Of a stretch of DNA of 64,000 nucleotides, positions 52,101 through 59,878 are shown in pieces; the first letter of the stretch is position 1, and every line of letters starts with the position of its first letter. Source of the stretch: Eledone cirrhosa (lineage: Eukaryota); NCBI GenBank assembly GCA_964016885.1, contig OZ024745.1, forward strand, positions 79,174,001 to 79,238,000, written 5' to 3'. The translations under genes were made by a program, and so were the position numbers. Under the pieces are notes generated by a model, which saw only the letters and a program-made list of their open reading frames with translations, had not been told where the DNA came from and made no database searches.

Positions 52101-55100
52101 GTCATCAATAAAGGAGGACCTTGGGTTCTCCCCGGCCGAATTAATTTACGGTGCTCCTCTAGCGTTGCCTGGGCAAATGCTTGCCCCGGTTGATCTTGCT
52201 TTCCAAGATCCGCTTTCCTACGTATCCCGTCTGCGTTCTTATTTACAGGACCTGCCGCCGATGGATACGAGGAAGCAAACTGTAAAACCTGCGGTCCCGA
52301 GGAACATTGCCTCGTGGACCCATGTGTTCGTAAGGAACGATGCTGTGAGACCACCCCTCACACAACCATAGTCTGGACCCTACCGTGTGTTAGCACGCAT
52401 TGACAAACATTTCACTGTAGACGTTAAGGGGTCCAGAGAGACAATTTCGGTGGATAGACTGAAAAGGGCACACAATGACGCTCATACACCCGAGCCACAA
52501 ATACCCCAATCTTTCTCTCTTGTGCATACACCTGCTCCTTCTGCCCCACCTTCACCTACATACAAGACTATGACCCGTTCCGGTCGGAGAGTCCACTGGC
52601 CCAAAAAGTTCTGCCAAACTATTTTTATGTGAGCTGGCCATTGGAGCCTTATATTTTTTTTTCTTGCTATTCTTGTTATTTATTGATTTATTGTATTGCA
52701 ATGTACCTCTCATTACCATTTCACTGGATGTATATATATGTTTTTCGTTTCCTTTACAACAAACATTTTAAGCTAATATAAATATACATTTTAAGCTAAA
52801 TTTGCCGTGGAAAACAGCGCATTTATTAAGAATGCTTATTTCTCTGGTCGCTGGCCTCTTGACCCTTCCAGGTCAACGCATTCACAACATCAACAACAAC
52901 ACAGCTTCATCAACAACTAAAACCAGCAGAACAAGCCAGACAATTTATTTCTGCAGCACTCTGCCTGTGAGAAATTCCCTTCGGAAGTTGGAAATTTCAT
53001 GTTATACCACAGACCAGAAACCACCTGCATTCATTCTCTGGAACACATTCTTTACTGCTGTCATGTGATTGCACACATGTGAACTGTATTTTAGATATTT
53101 GAACTTTTGACCTCTTCTCGTACTTTTATTACTTTGTACCATAATTTTCATGCCTCTTACAAGCTCGCCATCTTACTCCATGCATGCTTCTTTCGATTTT
53201 TATATTTTAAAAATCTGGCGGGGGATAATGTAGCAAGAGTTGCCTCCCTTGTCATGACAATCTCATCACCGCTCTCTAGACAGGAAGTAGCTGGAGTTGC
53301 TTCCCTTTGGGATTGACAGACTCCCTGTTGGTCACTTCTGGTCACCTCTTATAAAAGGAACAGGTCACCACGATATCTCTCTCTTGCCTCCTGATTTCTG
53401 AAGTGGTAACACCTGCGACCTTAGCTTGTGATGATTCCTTCTTGATAATCCTTCGCTACCAAGAACAATGCAACTTGCAGCCTGAGAGCCTAAGATGTCA
53501 ATATCAGCTAGAAAAGATCTCTTCTTTTCTCTACCAACTTCAGCCTCGAGTTATGACCATCGGGTAACAAATCCTTAATATTTAATACCTTTGACTTCCA
53601 TGAAGTAAAAACATTATTATAACACACACACCGGTATTTACTGTCTTTTTTATGTTATGTGTACACCGATACTAATCTCCTAAATAACTCTCAATGATTT
53701 GTTTTCTGAAAGGAATATGAAGTTGAAGAACACAGCTATTACAGTGCCATTACTACTCAGACCTCTGGTTCAGTATTATGTCTGTTGTTAGTTTATGTCT
53801 CAAATGGTCTTGATGAAATAAACTGGGTCCTCCAGAAGATGAAAATGGAAATGTATGCCAACAAGGATGCTACTACAGGTGAGTCTGCTCAGTACTTTAT
53901 TTGTATGTGGGGGTGGAGGCATTTGGCCTAATGGACCAAGTTATGAAAGTAATGGGAAGAATTCTTGCACAGCTCATTAGGGAAAGAGTCAAATTATATG
54001 AGATGCAGTTCAGTTTTATGCCTGAGAAAAGCACTACAGATTCCCTCTTCTCAGACAACTACAAGACAAGTTCCTAGCTAAGAATAAGCTTCTGTGTTTA
54101 GCTTTTGTTGATATAAAAGACCTTTGACAGAGTACCTTGCTCTGTTATCTGGTGGTCCTTAAGAAAATTAAGTGTAGAAGAATGGCTTGTGAGAACAGTG
54201 CAAGCTATGTACAGAGGAGCTGTCATTAAACATCCATTTTTCCACGCTTGCATGGATTAGACAGGTTGTCAAGTTATGAGACAAGCTGGTCATACGGATC
54301 TGTATTTTGTCTTCATTTCTATGACTAGATGCTGTTCCTAACACTAACCATGTTACTGTGTGGATTGGGTACTTTTTATTGTGGAACTGAAATGACCACC
54401 CTAGCAGGGTGGACTGGGTATTTTTTGCTGTGTCACCAGCACAACAACCTTACTGGATGGACAGGGTGCTGCCTGTGTCACCAGCATGATCACCTTACAG
54501 TGTGGGCTGAGTGTTTTTTTGTTGTAATACCAACACAACTTTACAGTGTAAGAGTGATGTGAACAGTAGTGGGTGTTGGAGCATGGGAGATGTATGGAAG
54601 AGGGTATAGTGGTTAAGAGGTGTCTACTAGATGTTGTGACTCCTACTGACGACTATACAGTGTGGGCTGGGTGCTTTTTGTTGTGAAACTTACACAACCG
54701 CTTTACAATGTGGGCTGAGTGTTTCTTTGTTGTGAAACCTACACGACCAATATACAATGTGGGCTGGGAGCTTTTTGTCCTGATAAGATGTAGTTTTTCA
54801 GTGATGAAATCCTGAGAAAAATAAAAGACATTATTAAAGAATTATTTTTAGTGGTATGAAATGCTATATGTAGTTAGAATCAATCCTGGTTCAGATTTAA
54901 ATATACCAAGTGTTTTGGAATAGTAAGCACGCATGTTTATTTATTTATCATGAATATATACTGTTAAATCCTTGCAAAACACACCATACCTGCGCAGACA
55001 CCATAATCTAATTATAATTAAACTGACTATTGAAGATAATGTCTCGCTTTTAATCTTGTTGAAGCTTATTTGAAAAAGACTTTTAGGGAAACCTATAATT

Positions 55101-58100
55101 CTAATGAAGTAAATTTATAATAGTCGGCGATTTCCCATAATTTTGCATTTTATTTGATCTTCTTGCTACCTGTAGTTATTTTCGTCGTCATCATTGTGAT
55201 TGATATGTATGAGTTAATAATATGCGAAAATAAACTCTGATGATCCGACGTTAAACCAATTCCTGATGGCATAAAACCATAAATAAATTTTGTATATACA
55301 AGGTGTCCCCAAAATATATACACTGTTATTAGAACACTGTTGAGGTGTGTATACAATTTTTAGGACACCCTGTATATAGATAGATATATATATATATATA
55401 TGGAGGCACATGGCTTAGTGCCTGGAGCATTGGCCTTGCAATCGAAAGGTTGTGAGTTCAATTCTCAGACCGGGTGATGTGTTGTTTCCTTGAGCAAGAC
55501 ACTTTATTTCACATTGCTCCAGTTTACTCAGCTGTAGAAATGAGATGATAGGGACTGGGGTCCCTATCATTCCACTGCAAAGTGGTCGTGGAGGCCCCAT
55601 GGTAAAAAAGCACCCAGCACTCACTGAAAATGAAGTTGGTGTTAGGAAGGGCATCCAACTGTAGAGATCAAGCCAGAATCAGTTCCCGTCCCACCCTTGC
55701 AAGCAGGGAAAAGCGGACGTAAAATGATGAGGAAAAGAGAAAGAAGGTGAAACGAAGGAGAAGTAAACATTATGACCAGAGTGACAGGTAAACAGTGACA
55801 TACGCTCACACACCGCCAATGATACGCTATTTATTTTACTCTTTCTTCGCTGTTTTTCAATAACAATGTCTTATAAAGTTATAAATGTTATTATGGCGAA
55901 TACGTTGGTGTTTCTTAGTCTGTTTATATATATATATATTTATTTTGTTGAAGATATTTTTAGCTAGTAGATCGACCAAGTAAAGTCTTGGTGTCGTTAC
56001 GTTTTAAACCAATTCGAATAACTGAAGGAGAAAGGCATCTCTGCTGTGTGAGTCAAGATTTACTTCCCTTTGACTGTTACATTGATTTGATTCCACGAAA
56101 ATCTCAGATATTTGTTAGGAGTGTCATGAATATGATTCAGATTTTAGTCATTAGACTGCGGCCATGCTGGATCATCAACTTAAAGGAATTTACTCGGTCA
56201 TATCGACACTTGCACTTATTTTATCGATCTCTTTTTGTCGAACTGCTTTGTTACAGCCCATAAACAGTAAATACAGTCATGTATATCATCATCATTATTT
56301 TAATAAAGTACCAGTAATGTACTGGGTAATTGCTGGCCTTGAGCTAAAAGTAGAAACAATTATTTTAAGTCTATCTTTAGTTACGTCCCTTTACGATCTG
56401 AGTTCAAATCCCGCCGAGGTTGACTTTGCCTTTCATCCTTACGGGGTCGATAAAATAAAGTACCAGTAATGAACTGGGTTATTGCTGGCCTTGTGCCTAA
56501 AGTAGAAACAATTATTTTAAGTCTATCTGAGTTCAAATCCCGTCGAGTTTAACTTTGCCTTTCATCCTTACGGGGTCGGTAAATAAAGCACCAGTAATGT
56601 ACTGGGAAATTGCTGGCCTTATGCCAAAAGTAGAAACAATTATTTTACGTCTATTTTCCATTCTTGCATGGATTAGACGAGCTGTCGTGTTCCGAGGTCT
56701 TCCTCATACTATGATTGTTTCACATTAAAAAGTGAAGTATTTACCTCTAACATTTCATATATTTACAACCTGTCTGCTACTAAAGATACATTTAAATTGA
56801 CAAACATATTTTTAGATATTTTCTAAATCATTATAGGATATTAAGACTTATGTTTACGATAAAATATATTGATTTCTCTTTATTTTCATTACATTAAGAA
56901 ATTGGAAAACATTTCAATCATTACATGATGTTAAAATTTAACTGTTTTGTTACCAATCAGGCCTAAACCAGCTCTGGCTCTATGAAATAAAGTCATCCGT
57001 TTTAAAGGTTTCCAATTTATATTAAAATCTTCCAAGATAATTTTATATAAGAACCTTACATTAAGTTACGATCTTAGTAATGAAATAGTTAATAATTTTA
57101 ACACACACACACATATGCTATATCATCATTATCATCATCATTTTACGTCCGCTTTTCCCTGCTTGCAAGGGTGGGACGGGAACTGATTCTGGCTTGAATT
57201 CTATAGCTGGATGCCTTTCCTAACACCAACCTTATTTACAGTGAGTTCTGGGTGCTTTTTTGCCATGGCACCTCCACGACCACTTTGCAGTGAAATGATA
57301 GAGACCCCAGTCCCTATCATCTCATTTCTACAGCTGAGTAAACTGGAGCAATGTGAAATAAAGTGTCTTGCTCAAGAAAACAACACATCATCCAGTCTGA
57401 GAATTGAAATATATATATATATATATACACACATATGCTATATATATGTATATATCGTTTCTCTCACTATTAATATATGTGTGCACTCTGCTTTCCTTTT
57501 TGGTTGGTATCCTAATGATGCTGGCTTAATTAAAAGCATTGAATGAGTGACAGAATAGTCAGAGATACACTGATTCTTCTGATGTCTTTGTTTATATTAT
57601 TGTATTTTATATATATATATATATACACACATATACATCCAACCAGAAAACTTTGCCAAAAAGTAGCACAATATATAGTATTAAACAGAAATATTCAGAT
57701 CTTTCTTGCAACAAAAAGCCACTTTGTACCCAATTGGAAGCCCACGACACAAGACACCATCCCACCAGACATCCTGAATCCTCCTTGATGCTTCCCCACC
57801 CCACCATCCTTCAATGATCACACCATGCACACACAAAATAACACCTTGTTGAAAGAGGCCTTAAGATTACAACATTACATTACAACCAACGATTACGCGT
57901 ACATGCAACCTTTTACATCTCAGAATTTAAGTTTGGGGAAACACCAGTTATGACACAAATATTTTGAGTGACTGTCCATATTTATGTATATACATGTATG
58001 GATGTGTGCATATGTACACGTGTATGATCGCGTATGTGCATGCATGTCTATGTTTAAAATTTTTTAATAATTTGTTATATATGTATGTATATAATTATTG

Positions 58101-59847
58101 GTATTTTTTGTCTGATATAATTTTACCTTCATTTAGCTTTTTACAAAATAACTGATATGTCAAGGGTTGCCGCTCTAGCTCTCCTTTTCACTGGGTGCTT
58201 TTTGTCGCAACACCAACACGACCGCTTTACAGTGTAGACTGGGTGCTTTTTGTCATGTCACCAACATGACCACTTTACAGTGTGGACTAGGTGGTTTTTC
58301 TTATGTCACCAACTTGACCATTTTACTGTGTGGACTCTGCATTTTTGTCGTGACACCAAAACAACCACTTTACAGTGTGGACTGGGAGCTTTTGTCGCAC
58401 CACAAAAACTACTATTTTAGTGTTGACTGGGCAGGTTTTGTCATGTCATCATCATGGTCCTTTTACTGGATGGACTGGGCGTTTATTGTCATGTTGTGTC
58501 GCTAACATGACCGAGTGAACTAGGTGCTTTTTGTTGTGTCACCAAAACGACTACCTTACAAGGCAGACTGGGTGTTCTTTGTTTTTTTACCAACTCGACC
58601 ACTCCCCAGGGCAGACTGGTGCCTTCTGTCGTGCCACCAACACAACCACTTTACAGGTTGGACTAAGTGCTTTAGTTGTGTCATCATCACAACCACATTA
58701 GAGGGTGGATTTCAGCTGAGTGTACTGGAACAACAGTGATTTTGCTCAAGAACATAACACATCATGTAATTGTAATTGTGTAATCATGTGATCCAGTAAT
58801 TGAACCCTTGACATGATGGTTAATCCAACACCCTAACCACTAGGCCATGTGTCTTCATGTGATATAAATAGATCGGCTTAAATGGCTTGGTTCTTTTCTA
58901 TCAATTAGTTGTTACAGGAATAGCCATAGAAATAATTTGTACATAAATATATTCTGAAAACATGTTTAACCCTTTAGCATTCACATTACATTATATTTAT
59001 TATTGTATTTTCACAGAAAACGCTTTATCTCACTTAATATCAAATCTACGAGATTTTGATATTATTTATTTTGAGAACAATCTGTTAACGTCGGTATGAG
59101 TGGCCAGTTTGAACAGAAAGTGGTGAGAGAATTCTGGCCGGTTACGGCTGGTTTAAATGCTAAAGGGTTAAATATATACCATTGTTTCATTTAAGCATTA
59201 ATGCAACACTTTATTCAATCAACTGGCTGTGACTTACCTATTATGACTACACCCACCATCTTCTAATATGTCTGAGATCTTGTTATATGAAATTCATTAT
59301 TATATCATAACTTTTTCTTTTAATTATATAATTTTAGACTCCAATACCCAATTACCAAGTCAAAATGAAGAAGTCATATCAGTAGTATGCACACGACTAG
59401 CATCTCTTGTGGCTGCATTTCATGAATTGGTTCAAACAGCCATCCCAAACTGGTCCAGTTGTGAACAATTCATTAAACAATTAACAAGCCTCTATACTAC
59501 ATTTTGCCAGTACATTAAATATGTAAGTTTTTCATGATTTTTTAAAAATACAGTATGGAACAACCTCCTTTATGCTGGTGTCATGATAAAATACTCTGTA
59601 AAGTGGTTGGTGATAGGAAGAGCTTCCAGCTGTAGAAAACTTGCTAAACAAAGGGTCAGGAGGACTCACCACCTGTGCCATAGACGTGACAACTTCTCTA
59701 GTGTTGGTGAACTACACAATAAATGATCATGCTGTACACTCTGTAAAGTGGTAGGTAATAGGGAAAGGCATCCAGCCATAAAAACCTGCCAAACAAAGGA
59801 TTGTAAAGATTTTTCAACTATGGCAAAAACATGACAAATTTTGTTGT

Positions 59848-59878
<31 letters not shown>

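Larger units (their letters stand above)
47759..53683 (+). mobile_element. Full-length Ty3/Gypsy LTR retrotransposon, CsRn1-like lineage
   Basis: 455-bp LTRs 47759-48213 and 53229-53683 (7 differences); TSD (A)TAAC; tRNA-Trp PBS; CHCC gag motif; PR-RT-RH-IN order; PPT GGCGGGGGATAA. Confidence 0.96.

Noticed and set aside
55402-55475. tRNA gene
   Set aside because: A/B boxes run straight into a SINE core and LINE tail; no proper acceptor stem.
57511-57546. Hammerhead-like CTAATGA-TGCT...AGCA-TTGAA
   Set aside because: Both core halves are degenerate and stems I and III are unsupported.
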